A DNA stretch of 64,000 bases from Selaginella moellendorffii (lineage: Eukaryota > Plantae > Lycopodiophyta). Under the pieces are notes generated by a model. That model had not been told where the DNA came from. It saw only the letters and a program-made list of their open reading frames with translations, and did no database searches. The translations under genes were made by a program, and so were the position numbers. Of the stretch, positions 35,202 through 47,411 are shown in pieces; positions within the stretch are counted from its first letter, which is position 1; every line of letters begins with the position of its first letter. The stretch covers positions 427,751 to 491,750 of the forward strand of contig NW_003314339.1 in NCBI RefSeq assembly GCF_000143415.4, written 5' to 3'.

Positions 35202-38200
35202 TACGCAAGCCTCATGGGTACTCTCCCCACCTCTCGCCTTTTGGTGCTCTAACCATGGGCTTAGAGCGAGGTTCCGTTGAGCCACACTAGGTATCCAAGT
35301 AGGTAGTGCCACCCACACTTGGACTGGGAGCATCGGCCAATCGATCTCCCGGGGGAACTAGAGTCGGCTCTTGAACACTTCACCAAGCTACCCCACTTGT
35401 CGGTCCATGTTCACTCTAGTCTTGGACTTCACAGTGGGCAGCTCATCACCTAACATTGGGTCCGGCCTTCCTGGGCCAAACTGGCTCCACTGCAGTCCTC
35501 CCCCTTACTATACTTTTGGAGCTCACCAAACCCCCAAGGGTCTGGGAGACGAACGCTTTGGGCTTTCACCCTCTCAGAATCGAACTCGGACTTGGACTCG
35601 GACTTGGACTCGGACTTGGACTCGGACTCGGGCTCGGACTCGGGCTCGGACTCGGACTCGGACTCGGGCTTGAGCTCGGGCTCGGTCTCGGCCTCGGTCT
35701 CGGTCTCGGTCCCGATCTCAGTCTCGGTCTCGGTCCCGGTCTCGGTCTCGGTCTCGACTTCGGACTCCATCTCGGGTCCATCTCGGACTCCATCTCGGAC
35801 TCCATCTCGTGTCCATCTCGGACTCCATCTCGTGTCCATCTCGGGTCCATCTCGGACTCCATCTCGTGTCCATCTTGGACTCCATCTCGTGTCCATCTCG
35901 GGTCCATCTCGGACTCCATCTCGGGTCCATCTCGGGTCCACCTCAGACTCCACCTCGGACTCCATCTCGGACTCCATCTCGGACTCCACCTCGGACTCCA
36001 TGTCGGACTCCATCTCGGGTCCATCTTGGACTCCATCTCGGGTCCGTCTCGGACTCAACCTCGGATCCATCTCGGACTCCACTTCGGACTCCATCTCGGG
36101 GTCCATCTCGGACTCCACTTCGGACTCCAACTCGGGTCCATCTCGGACTCCACTTCGGACTCCAACTCAAGTCCATCTTGGACACTTCCACGTTTCATGT
36201 GTTGGTCCTTTTGGGTCCCTTTTTGGAGCCTTGCTTATTGCTCGCTTCGTGCTTGTTCCTCAAGCACTTTGTTGGGAGTTCCACTCCCGCTCTCAACCTT
36301 TCAAGGCGGAGCTTTTAGTCCAAACATGTTACGCTCATTTTGTTTTCGCTTCGGCAACCACCACATGGCACCCTTCCAGCTCCACTTTCGGGCCTAGGGA
36401 TTTTGTGTCTCACAACTCCACCACCCATAGACGAAGTTTGATGTCCTCATTGAACAGTAAACCCTTTCATAAAGTAACACCCGCATGTGTTACCATTTCC
36501 ATCCTTCGCACCCAACCAATATCTGTCTATGGTTTGACACCAAAGGCTTACCATGCCTTGTCCATCCTCTAAGGAGCATAGCCTCTCCAACTTAGAGGCT
36601 CATTTGACCACTTGTGGTGGTTCTCTCCTTTTATTGGTTTAGTTCTCACTAAACCTGTTAGAGACACCTTCTCTAGCTTGATCCCATTACTCGTTCTCGA
36701 GTGGTCTCACTTTCCAGCGCTATAACCCTTGCACTTTGGAACTTTTAATTCTGACTTCTCGAAGTCAATTTCCTAGGTGTCTTCGACACCTTGCATTGCA
36801 CATATTGTGCAACTCCACTTCCTCATCCTAGGAAGTTCTCCACTTGAGGGCACCATCATCCTCTGTTCGATTTCATGCCACCTTTGGCACTGAGTTCCAG
36901 TTATCATATTTTGTGCTAGGGCTGTCCACGGCCCTATCTTTTGGCTACTTTTCCGCTCCCTCACTTGGAGCTTTTACTTCGCCAAATTGGAGCACTTACG
37001 AATCCATCCTTGGAAGTCCACTTCCTTTCCCACAAGCCGTTAGCATAAAACACATTAGTATTCCTTGGCTAACTTTGCCATTTGGATCCCTTCCATTAAA
37101 TTCCATGGCCCAAACTTGGCCACTAGTCCTTGGCTCCTATCCTTGATTGTTGCACTTAGCAACACAAGATCGTTACCTCCATTTTTGAGGTATCCCTTCG
37201 GTTCCATAGCAAAGACTCTTCTTTGCCAAGTCCGGAGGATGTTCACTCCTAGTACATCCCTTTAACATCTTCTGCTATGGGCTTTATCCACGGCCCAACT
37301 TCGTGACCCTTCCATGGGTCCCTTATAGAGACTACTTTCCTCAGACTCACTATGCTATCGCACGGACACAGCTTATTTCCCTTAGGTGCTCTTCCCACTT
37401 GATCACTTTGACCAGCCACACCATCTTAAATAGTTCAAATCAACATTTTGAACCAGGAACTTCCTTCCTTAGCCAACCAAGGACCTTGTCCTTATTTGGC
37501 CATAAGATCACCTAGTGATCTCACCTTGGCACCTTAACAGAGTTGCCAAGAGATACATAGTCTTCTAGACCTTCAAGTTGTTGACCATAACCCCGGGGGC
37601 ATCCCCTACACTTGGCGGTGCACCCAAGCCAGCCCTTATGGCCAAGGGTCCATAGCAACTGAGATTAGGTGTCCCCATTTCACTCACCACATCCTTGGTG
37701 CCACTTGCACCAAAGCGTTCAAGTTAGATATGCCGAGCTTTCACACTAAGCAATCTAACCGTGCATCACGACTCCAAGGCATCCCTCGCTTGGCGGTGTG
37801 CCCAAACCAGTCTCCCCACTGAGAGTCCATGACCACCGAAATATGAGTGTCCTCATATTCCAAACCATCACCTCGCCCTAGTGAGTTGGGACTCGAACCC
37901 AAGCACTAGAGGGTCGGGACTTGAACCCAACCTCCGTATATGCATCTACGGATGGCATCACCCAGGATACCTGGCGTGACTCCCCATGCCGGTGCACCAA
38001 CTTTCATTTAAAGCGCGCTATAGATCACAGCTTAGGAACCTAGTTCCTCCACACTACTAAGTCCTCTCACTTGACATGTTTGTGATCATGCATGGACTCC
38101 TCCATGCTTGGCCCCATGGGCCACCCTTTTTGAAGTTAACACCTTTAACTAGGGTATTTGTTCCCCCCGACTTGCCAATCTCACTTAGCAAGTCATCCGG

Positions 38201-38462
38201 CCACCATAACATGGTTCATGCATAAGCATGAAAGTCCTTAACCATTGACTTTCGTTCAAAGCCCTCTCTTTGAACACTCAGGAACTACTTCCCCAACCTT
38301 GATAGCCTCGCCTCATGGCAAGCTTCAAGACCACACTTCTGTTGCGCCACTCTAATTTCACGCATTCTATGAACCATTTACACTTGGCTTTCTAGGTATG
38401 TAGTTACCTAGAATTGTTTTTCGGGAACCTTTCAAAGGAACTCTATCCCTTTAGCTTGCCAA
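35202..38462 (-). mobile_element. Family-B element fragment: 3' LTR part (to 36414) plus non-coding internal region, interrupted by the DNA transposon
   Basis: LTR end ..GTGTCTCACA at 36414 followed by the PPT complement ACTCCACCACCC. The internal sequence is collinear with 52405-54540 and continues at 51844 after the transposon. Confidence 0.85.
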
Positions 38463-38904
38463 AAGCTCTATTTCGTTAAAGTGGGAATTGTCATTATCCC
38501 ACTTGTAAAATAAGGTTTCCAAACCTTTATATAGTATATAAATATAACAAAATTCAACTGCATTGAGGCACATGCCATTTTATTTTAAACAAGGAAATGT
38601 CTACTCAATCACTTCTCCTCCCCCTGCCACTGCTTCACCTCTCTCTTCTCCTTGTCATCGTCGTCCAATTTCTTTCCATCCTTTTAATATTGGCTCAGTT
38701 GCTCCGAGTCTAGGTGGAGCCCAAGTCCCCATTCAATCTTTACTTTCCCCTTATTAATAAAACAACTTCGTAGACTTCCAATAACATGCTGTAACACTTC
38801 TAGTATAATGCAAATCCTTTCAAAGAATTGTCTTTTAATATTAATACAATGGCATGGAACCCCATGCCATAATAAGTTACATTTTTAAATAAATACATGC
38901 CATC

Positions 38905-41900
38905 TCAGACTGTTATTTTTTGCCTCCAACGCCTATACAATAATCTTGGAATTTCATCACTCTCCACACTATCAGGATTTAAACCCAATAGTAATGCCAT
39001 CTCTTCTCTAATACGTCCACGCTCATGTTTAGTGGTCGAAGAACCCATCCGGTTGAGCAGATTATGGAGATGCGGATAGTGCTTGGCTAGACAATATACA
39101 TGCCATAAATGATGACTGGTGTCTGTCCGATCAAATGGCTTCTGATATACCGTTCCATCTGCCATTTGGTTGATTTCTGCAGCCACCTCCTGGACTGGCC
39201 GGTTCTCTATCACCATCGCTTCAAGCCGTTTTGCAAGGTCCCCCAGAACATACGGTTTCTTCTCCCTAGTTTCCATACTGCAAGAGATGGGGTGCACTGC
39301 ATATGTGTGCGTGTTCGCTGCAGTTTTAATCGGCGAGTCATCGATGATGAGGATTTCACTTGACCTAGCAGTCCGGTTCATCACTACAGCCTCTGCCTTG
39401 ACGAAGATGGGCTTGCTACCCCTCACATGGACCATAGTCAAGCAATCCTCCTGCGTTAGGAGAAAGTCAAATGGTAATATTACTCGCGTCTGATCGTGCA
39501 TCATCTGTAGCAACGTTAATGCATTGTGGCGCATCATGGATGTCCAAACTCCCAATTGCAAATTGAACCTGGCCCTCTGTTTTAAGTGTCGCATGGTCAT
39601 TATTAGATCCCGCAGTTTCTCCCGTGTGATTAATGTGAATCTGTCTCTTTTGACCAACTTGCGACCGCAGGCTTTGGAGGGTGCAGTGACATTCGAGGAC
39701 GAGCCACGCTCATGGGAGAAAAGGACACCGTTCAGATCAAAAACGATACAGTACTTTCGCCGTGACTCTGAAATGAAATGCGTCAGCATAAAAAATGGTA
39801 CAAGTCAATTTTACCATCTACAATATTAGCGAATGGTGCTCCCGATGGTCGTTCAGAGGGTTTTGGTCGAGGAAACGTGAAGGGCGGAAATACTCTCCTC
39901 TGCAATGTGGGGTCAATCGCATCCGATGGCGTGTGGGCACATGCCATTTCAGCTGTAGACTCTGGTACAACTGGCTCAACAGTGGCATGGGGTGGTTCCG
40001 ATGGCGTGTGATCACACGCCATTTCAGCTTGTGCCTCCGTTGGCAAAGTGGACATGACCGAACAGGCAGCAGGGGCGGTGTAGGGAGGTTCCAACGGCGC
40101 GTAGTCAGACGATTGGGCACACGTTGGAAATGAGGATACGACCGGCTCGGCGGCTGGGGCGGCCTCATGCGGGTCCAATGGCGCCTGGTCACCGTCAGTT
40201 GGATACGTGGACAAGATTGACTCAGTGGTATGGGCAGCATCAAGTGGAGCGTGGTCAGCTTGCTTGGCGTTGATATGGATAGTAGCCTCCACCAGCTCTG
40301 ATGACTCTTGCAGGCAAGTAGAGTCCACTGGCGGATCCATATGCATGTCCAAATATCTCCCTTCGATTGAGATGGTATCCTCCCGTGCTACTAAAAACAA
40401 ACTCATTAGCACATTGAATCGACTATACTGTATTTACCATCAACTGCTATTGAGGAACTAGGACCGATATCACTTGGGCGCACTGCTGATTCTGAAGGAT
40501 TGGACATACGTTTCGACCCTTGCTTGGCACTATCCTTCCTCGACACTAAAGGCTAGAGTTTGTATCTTAATTCAACTGAATAATCTCTACTTACCATTTC
40601 TTCTGCGACCTACATGGACAATGTTAGAAATGGTAAAAGGTTAGGAATGGATGCACTATTATTTACCTGATGGTTTGTCTTGTATGACCTTCCTCCGCCG
40701 CTCTTTGGCCACCTCAGGCTGGCCATCGTCGTCATCATCGTCATCGTCGTTATTGTGATCGTCACCATTGTGAGGACCATCCAAGTCCTCTTCGTCCTCC
40801 TCTTCTTCATCCTCCTCTTCTTCGTCCTCCTCTTCTTTGTCCTCCTCTTCGTCCTTTTGCTCTTCCTGCTCATTATCTTTCTCTGGCTCCTCATCCCCCT
40901 CTTGCATTTCTTCCATAGGCTGCTCAGGCTGGATTGCTTGTTTTTCCAGGACCATCTTGGAAAAATCATCTGGCCGAGTCTCCATCTCAAAATACAAGAC
41001 ATCCATAGCCTGTTTTAGTGCGTGACCTAGGACCGTATCCTCACCCGACTGTCTTAACATGGTTTCTGCACGTTCTTGCACCCTTCGAAGACGACAAGAT
41101 GAGAAAAACGTGGCCCTGACTTGAAAAGCATCCCTCATCCATTGTACCTCTCCATTGAGATTGGGGAAGGGGAGTCCGCCATAGGAATCTGAGTCAGAAG
41201 GTGGTGACTGGCTCCTTTCACTCAGCCCTTGATCTGCAATGAATGGCATGAGCACACACGCCATAACCGCGAGGCATTACCTATCATCTTTTCGTTGCCC
41301 TTCTTCCTTTTCGAATCAAACGCCTCTGATCCCGACGACTGTCCAACGTGCTTTCGCTTTTTATGACCACTGTCAGTTTGAGCTTGGCTGGTGCTTGCCT
41401 GTTTTGCCTTTGAAGAAGTGTCTCCTGCAAGGAATGGCATGAGACCACACGCCATTGCAAATATAATTTGTACCTCCTTTTTTCCTATTGCTTGTCTGTT
41501 TGTCCTTCTTCGACGCGCCACCAGTGCGCTTTTCAGTCCTCGTGTCTGAATATTCACAACGATCTATAATCAAAATGGCGTGAGGCCTCACGTGACCTTA
41601 CCTTGTGCAGGTTGTGACCTCGGCCTAACATCAGTAGCTGTTAATGCCGTTTCAGCATCTAGGGGTGGCCACGCTCCTGCATACAGAGCTTGTGAGATAA
41701 CATTTAAACTTAAAGTGCGTACTCACCAGGTTCGTAGAGAAGATACTGTTTTTCTTTGGCAACTGTAATTATATGCTCCATTGAAGTCACCTCTTCAATG
41801 GAGTTTGTCACCGCAACACATGGGACACCCTTGAGTAGTGCGGCTCGAAAGAATAGTCCGCCGCAGTTGTACTCGACAACGCATTTGCCCTTGGAGTCAC

Positions 41901-44510
41901 CCGCTATTGCGTTGAAGACCCAGCTGAGCATTTCCCATGCTGCACCTGGAGCTTTCTTTGGATTCGAAAGCTCCATAGCCGTCTTCAGTTCCTCAGGCAC
42001 GGGTAAATTGACCTCCCTCAGATCAATTCGATCGGCTTTGTTGAACAAAGCTGGGAAGTCACTCCAGTCCCACTCTGCTGCAGGACCAATAACAAGGGCG
42101 ACTGTGAAGATGCGGACATTCGTCGGTATCTTCTTCTTAGCCATTATCCCATGGATCTCCCGCATCTCCTTGCCTTTCAACCGAGCCTTCACCTCGTTCA
42201 AGGCCTTCCAGAACTTGTGATAGGATTCGGAGTCGTAGATCATATAGTGGACTGAAGATTCCACCTCCGCAAGTCCCACCATTAAGTCAATGATGGAGCT
42301 GACTTCGTCTGCATGAGTGATCTCCTCGTTTGTGAAGTCCATCACACAAAAGATGTTCTTGACCTGCTCATCTCCGTGGGAAACGATGCTCCTCCACCTT
42401 TGATCCTCATCCGAATTCACGTATACCCGGTAAGGTTCTCGATAGGCCTCTGCTGCGGGGTCGAGCTGTTTCTGAAGCCGGCGGTTGACATCCCTCTTAA
42501 TGAAATTTGGATACTGATCCAACTTCTCAGCTTTACTTTTCGTGGCATCCCGCAGCAGATCGATGAACTTGGGGGCCCCCTTCACGTACTCGTCGATGTC
42601 TTCATTTGACAAGTCCAGCTCTTCCATCATCTCTTGCGTGGTGTCGATGCTCACCCTCGCCACGGCCACTTGCTCGAAGATCCAATCCTTCAATAGCGCA
42701 CGAGCTCTCAGAGTCGTGCACAAGTCCTCGTATGTCACAATATGGCCGGGAGTCATTTTGGTCTTGTTGAAGACTACCTCACCACGTAGAAGAGCATTAG
42801 CCACTGTCAGAAGGTCGTCGTCGTCTAGAGACCGCGAGAAACGCAAGGCGTTGAGCTTCAAATCATTGGGCTTCCGGCCGTCCTCCACACCCATTGAGTT
42901 TAGCAACTCCTCGTCATGGTACCTCCTTAGCACATCTACCCATTTGTCAAAAACAACTTTTGTCGCGAGTAGAATGTTATGGATGCTGAGTGTGTCATTG
43001 ACCCCCAGTGTTTTCGAGAGAAGACTCGAGAATTCCTGCAATGGAAATGGCGTGAGGCCACATGCTATGCCACATGCAACGAGGCTTACCTGCCAGGCGC
43101 TAGTTGCTAGTGCACGTCCTTGTCTTGGTTTTTGTGGCTTCTTCAGTTGAACCCAGAGCTTCCGTGTTCGTGCCAATGTCTCGTGCAGACCTGATTTGTA
43201 GCACGTTTCTTGCTTGACATTCTGCGTGTGGGAGATGTATATGATAGATCGGAGGGGCGAGTTGCCTTTTATCAGGCGGACAACTCTTGTCTTGAAGACT
43301 TTCTTCACCTCCTCGCCCACCATAATATCCACAACTATCTGTTGCATCGCCAAGCTAGAATGCTGCCCGGAGACGGCATAGAACCGGATGTTCTGATCGT
43401 CCAACACCTTCCTATTGATCAAGTCTGGAAACCTCGTCTCGCCCTTCATTGTTCGGTAGTAGGGGATCACGTCTGCGATGTCGGGTGTTACTGGACTTGC
43501 CAGCATCTTCTGCTTCAGTTTCTCCACCCACTCATCAGATACTAGCCTGTGGTTGTATTTGCTTTGGATCTCGATACGGCTCACGTCGATTGTATATACT
43601 TTGTTGGAATAGTAACAAGTACTATTATCTGCGACGATTTTTGCTGCCTCTTCTTGCTCTTTCTGCTCTTTGCGGCTCTTCTTTTTGGTGGGTGTAGTGT
43701 TCGAACCCGAGGCAATGGCATCACCGAGTAGCTTCTTTTTTGGAGCAGCAGAGTCGGACGTCGGCTTGAGCTTGACCACCCTTTTCTGCTTCGGGGTAGT
43801 TTCCAGATCGACCCCCTTCCCCTTCGCTTCACAAACTGGAGGCACTCTCAACGGCTCAATGTTGGAATATAGTTTTTGAACATCACCGTAGGTGAAGTCC
43901 GTGGATTCCATGTGATCTTTATAGACCCGCAGCGTCTTTGAAATTGTGGGCCTCCTGGACAACCTCTCCCTAGCTCCCTCTAGGAATTCCTCATAGCCGC
44001 TGCCCCCCTCCGGGAAGCCGCTAGGATGTGCAAGGTGGATCTTGAAGGCGGACGCTGTCTCTACCACAAGTGCCAGTCCATATTCTTGCATGGAACTGCA
44101 TGGAGTGTCTGTCACTTGGATGAGGATCCCTATGCATTCTTTTCTCCCACCATCTGTGTTGTACAGCCTCAGATCCTCACCTTCCATCCCGAAAGTCCAA
44201 CTAGTGAGCTCCTCCCCCTTCTCTGCATCCACATTGACAGTGGCTGGAAGAAGAACGCAATTCCTCGCCTGTTCAGAAATGCACAACAATTAGAGCTGAC
44301 AGATGAAAAGCTAGCAGCTGGAAATAACGTGAGGCCACACACCATTCACCACTGCATCAGATGTCTTGAGGCTACATCCTAAGATGGCGTGAGGCTACAC
44401 GCCATCTGTAACCGGACTGCACTCGAGAGCCCAATCGGTGCATGCCAATGTTGCTACTGAATGGCATGTGGCCTCATGCCATTTTCTACTTCGTCTAAAA
44501 GACTTACCAT
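38905..44510 (-). CDS. Transposon-borne multi-exon protein (~1600 aa): ParB/Srx-like domain, degenerate amino-MTase-like fold, acidic/basic linker, FCP1/NIF-like HAD phosphatase domain
   Basis: Manual splicing with GT-AG introns 43036-43089, 41677-41726, 41546-41601, 41425-41473, 41234-41280, 40610-40666, 40546-40594, ~40391-40509 and 39768-39814 keeps one open frame joining the 859-, 201-, 209- and 294-aa ORFs. Motifs: FYAVSGQHSSLA; VVEYNCGGLFFRAALLKG..CVAV; IVFDLNGVL..VWTS..IIDDSPIK. The start ATG at 44510 is tentative. Confidence 0.7.
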
Positions 44511-46090
44511 TTGAAGCCGAATGGAGGCCGTGACAATCGAGGCCGGACTCGCTGGCGAATGTGCACTGTGTGTGCAGCGGATCGTAGCAGCAAGGCTACT
44601 CTGCCACTTACAGTTGGAGAGTGGCGCTGAAATCTCCTAGGACGCCAAGTGGGCTGCGTGTGGGTGGCGGAGTGGGCGGCGGAGTTGGCGGCGAAGTTAC
44701 AAACTGGGTGTGTCTTGAAGTGGACGCCGATGCACACGAGCGCGATGCGAGCGCGAGTGTGATGCAAGCGCGAGTGGACGCCGATGCACACGAGAAACCT
44801 GTAGAGAAGTGAGCGTGATCGCGAGTGGGAGCGCGAGTGTGATGCGAGCGCGAGCGCGAGTGTGCGAGCGCGAGTACAAAGCAAAATGCAAAACCTAACC
44901 TCACACGCGCGAAATGTCACAACGGTTGGTAATCCCGCCACGTCATCATTCCTCAGACTTGGGCGCCACCATTAATTTCTGGATTGCCGCGCGCATGCAA
45001 GCACGCAAAATCCAAAAGAAATCCGCAACATCATCATTCCTCGGACTGCATGCACGCGAAATCCAAAAGAAAGATCATGATTGGGATATCATTTAATATC
45101 CTCACTATATTTATACCATGCATGATTGGATATTCCAAAGCATCTTGTATTTCCAAAAATGGCAGATGTTCAGCTAAATAAAGAAATTCTATCTGTTTCT
45201 ATTTTTCTCTCAAATCAATATTATAGCGTGTGGGCTCATGCAATTTTGAACCAAAGAAACCCAAAAAACGTTGGACCCAAAATATTTTGAAAAAGCCCAA
45301 AAAACCCTAAACATTTTAAACCCAAAAATCCAGGCGTCCTGTGGCGTTATTCCTTCAATGGCGTGTGGGCGCATGCCATTTTCAGGGCCAAATGCTGAAT
45401 GGAGAAAAATTCCCTTTCAGTGCAAATGCTGCAAGAGGCAGATGCCAAGCACAAAGGACTGTAACTACCTCACATGACACAGATAAACTTTTCTCTATTT
45501 GGCAAAGATAAACTTTATAGCGTGTGGGCTCATGCAATTTTGAACCCAAGAAATGCACCAAAAAATTCTCGGCGTCATCTGGCATTATCTCTTGAATGGT
45601 GTGGGGCCGCATGCCATTTTCAGGGGCACATAGGAGTATATTCCTAGGATATTCTGACACGCGCGAGATTTTTTTGAGTTTTCTAGAGATCCAACCGTTA
45701 GATCGCAACTAGATTTTACAGAATGGTATACAATGTCTTTCTTGATGACCCTGCAAAGAAGCATCTCGATCGGACACCACATGAGACCACACGAGCCTTA
45801 CAATGTTTCAGGGGCATTTGCCATAGATCCGACCGTTATTTTGCTCCAAGATTTTATAGTTTGGTGTGCATTGACCTTTCCATCGAAACTGCAAAGGGAC
45901 ATCACAATCAGATGCGGGATCACAAGAAACTAACTTCACTAACTCTGGTTTCACCAAGATCTACGTAAGGAGTTATGAAATGAAAGGACCCTCTCTATTG
46001 AAATGTGTTTATGGTCCTAGGGGCATTGTGACATATCAAAGGATTTTGCATCAAGTTTTGTATTTGCATGTTTATCAAGCTACTGAATTG

Positions 46091-46117
46091 CTAAACCCTA
46101 AACCCTAAACCCTAAAC
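46091..46117 (+). repeat. Short interstitial plant telomere repeat (CCCTAAA)~4 / telo-box cluster
   Basis: ctaaaccctaaaccctaaaccctaaac, in the region between the two divergent transposon genes. Confidence 0.85.
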
Positions 46118-47411
46118 ATGTGGCAAATGCTGCGTGAAGAAAGATGCCCTTTCTGGGCAAATGCTGTAAAAGGCAGATGCCGAGCAGATGTATCTCAGGC
46201 TAGCGAAGGGGACAAACGAAAGCTAGCTATAAATATGACGGGATGCAAATAGATTACTAGGCTGGTCCTACGAAAATCAAAAACCATAATTGAAAACATT
46301 GAAAATGCAAAAAGAAAGGTTTATAATATTTTTGAATTTTAGGCAACCAAAGGAATGTAAGTAGGGCATGTGTTTGTAAGTTTAAAAATGCCTCAACCAC
46401 TTAAATTCCCAAGTAAATAAAGCTGTTTCTATTTTTGGTACAGGTAAACTTTATAGCGTGTGGGCTCATGCAATTTTGAACCCAAAAATGCACCAAAAAA
46501 TGCTCGACTAGCATTATTCTTTGAATGGCGTGTGGCCTTATATTGCCATAAATGGACGTACACACACAGCATAATTATTCCTTTACACGGCGAATAATCT
46601 TGGCGCGGATCGCTGACATGGCATGGCAAAGTTCGAATCACTGACATGGCACAGCTGGATCGAGGCAAGGACATGATGTGACAAAGTTCAACCTCCGATA
46701 GCAAAGTCTAGAAGCTACTCAGTTTGAAATTTGTCAGAGGAATCATAAGATCTGGTTTGTCAGAGGATTTGATGTGACGTTCAAGCGTGTGTTATTTTTG
46801 AATTCTCGAACTCATTCCTAGGTCTATCATTTTTGTGCGCCGTGTTCTTGGTTCCGCTGAGCGCAGTGAGCGCTGCTTGTGTAAGCGGCGTTGTGGGCTG
46901 TGGTTTATGCGTTTACGAGCGGTTGCGGCATTGCGAGCGCCATTGCGAGCGGCAGTTTATGCGAGTGGCAGTTTGTGCGAGCGGCGCTACGAGCAGTTGC
47001 GGTGTTGCGAGCGGCGCTACGAGTAGTTGCGGTGTTGCGAGCGGCACTGTCTTTGGTGTGGCTACCGCTTCCTCTTGATATTCGGCACTTGTGCTTCCTG
47101 GTATGTTCACCATGGAATGGCTTAGGACCACATTTAAAAATGGCATGAGGCCACATGCCATCTTGGGCCCTTGCAATTTCATGGCTAGCGTATTGTCATG
47201 TATGTTTTTACTTGCCTGCAGCTGTGTGTATATCAAGATGGCATGAGGCCTCATGCCAATTTTGTGAATGCGAAATTTCACGTGGGTGTCAATAGCATGT
47301 TTGAATAATGGCATGTGGCCTCATGCTATTGAGGTTGTTTGGTATGTTATGATTTAGGCCATTCTCCAATCATTTTTTGTATGGTCTTAACTTCTTTTCT
47401 GCACTTTCAGA

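Noticed and set aside
33929-36414. Apparent 1.2-kb inverted repeat (head-to-head LTRs)
   Set aside because: The two arms are separated by a 100-N scaffold gap, so orientation and distance are unverified.
33849-36572. Long ORFs rich in LGLG, ESES, SRTP or RPRP (also at 25.4-25.9, 31.8-32.6, 57.3-58.1 and 60.0-60.8 kb)
   Set aside because: They are by-products of 6/12-bp LTR tandem repeats, open in several frames on both strands, with no protein-like complexity.
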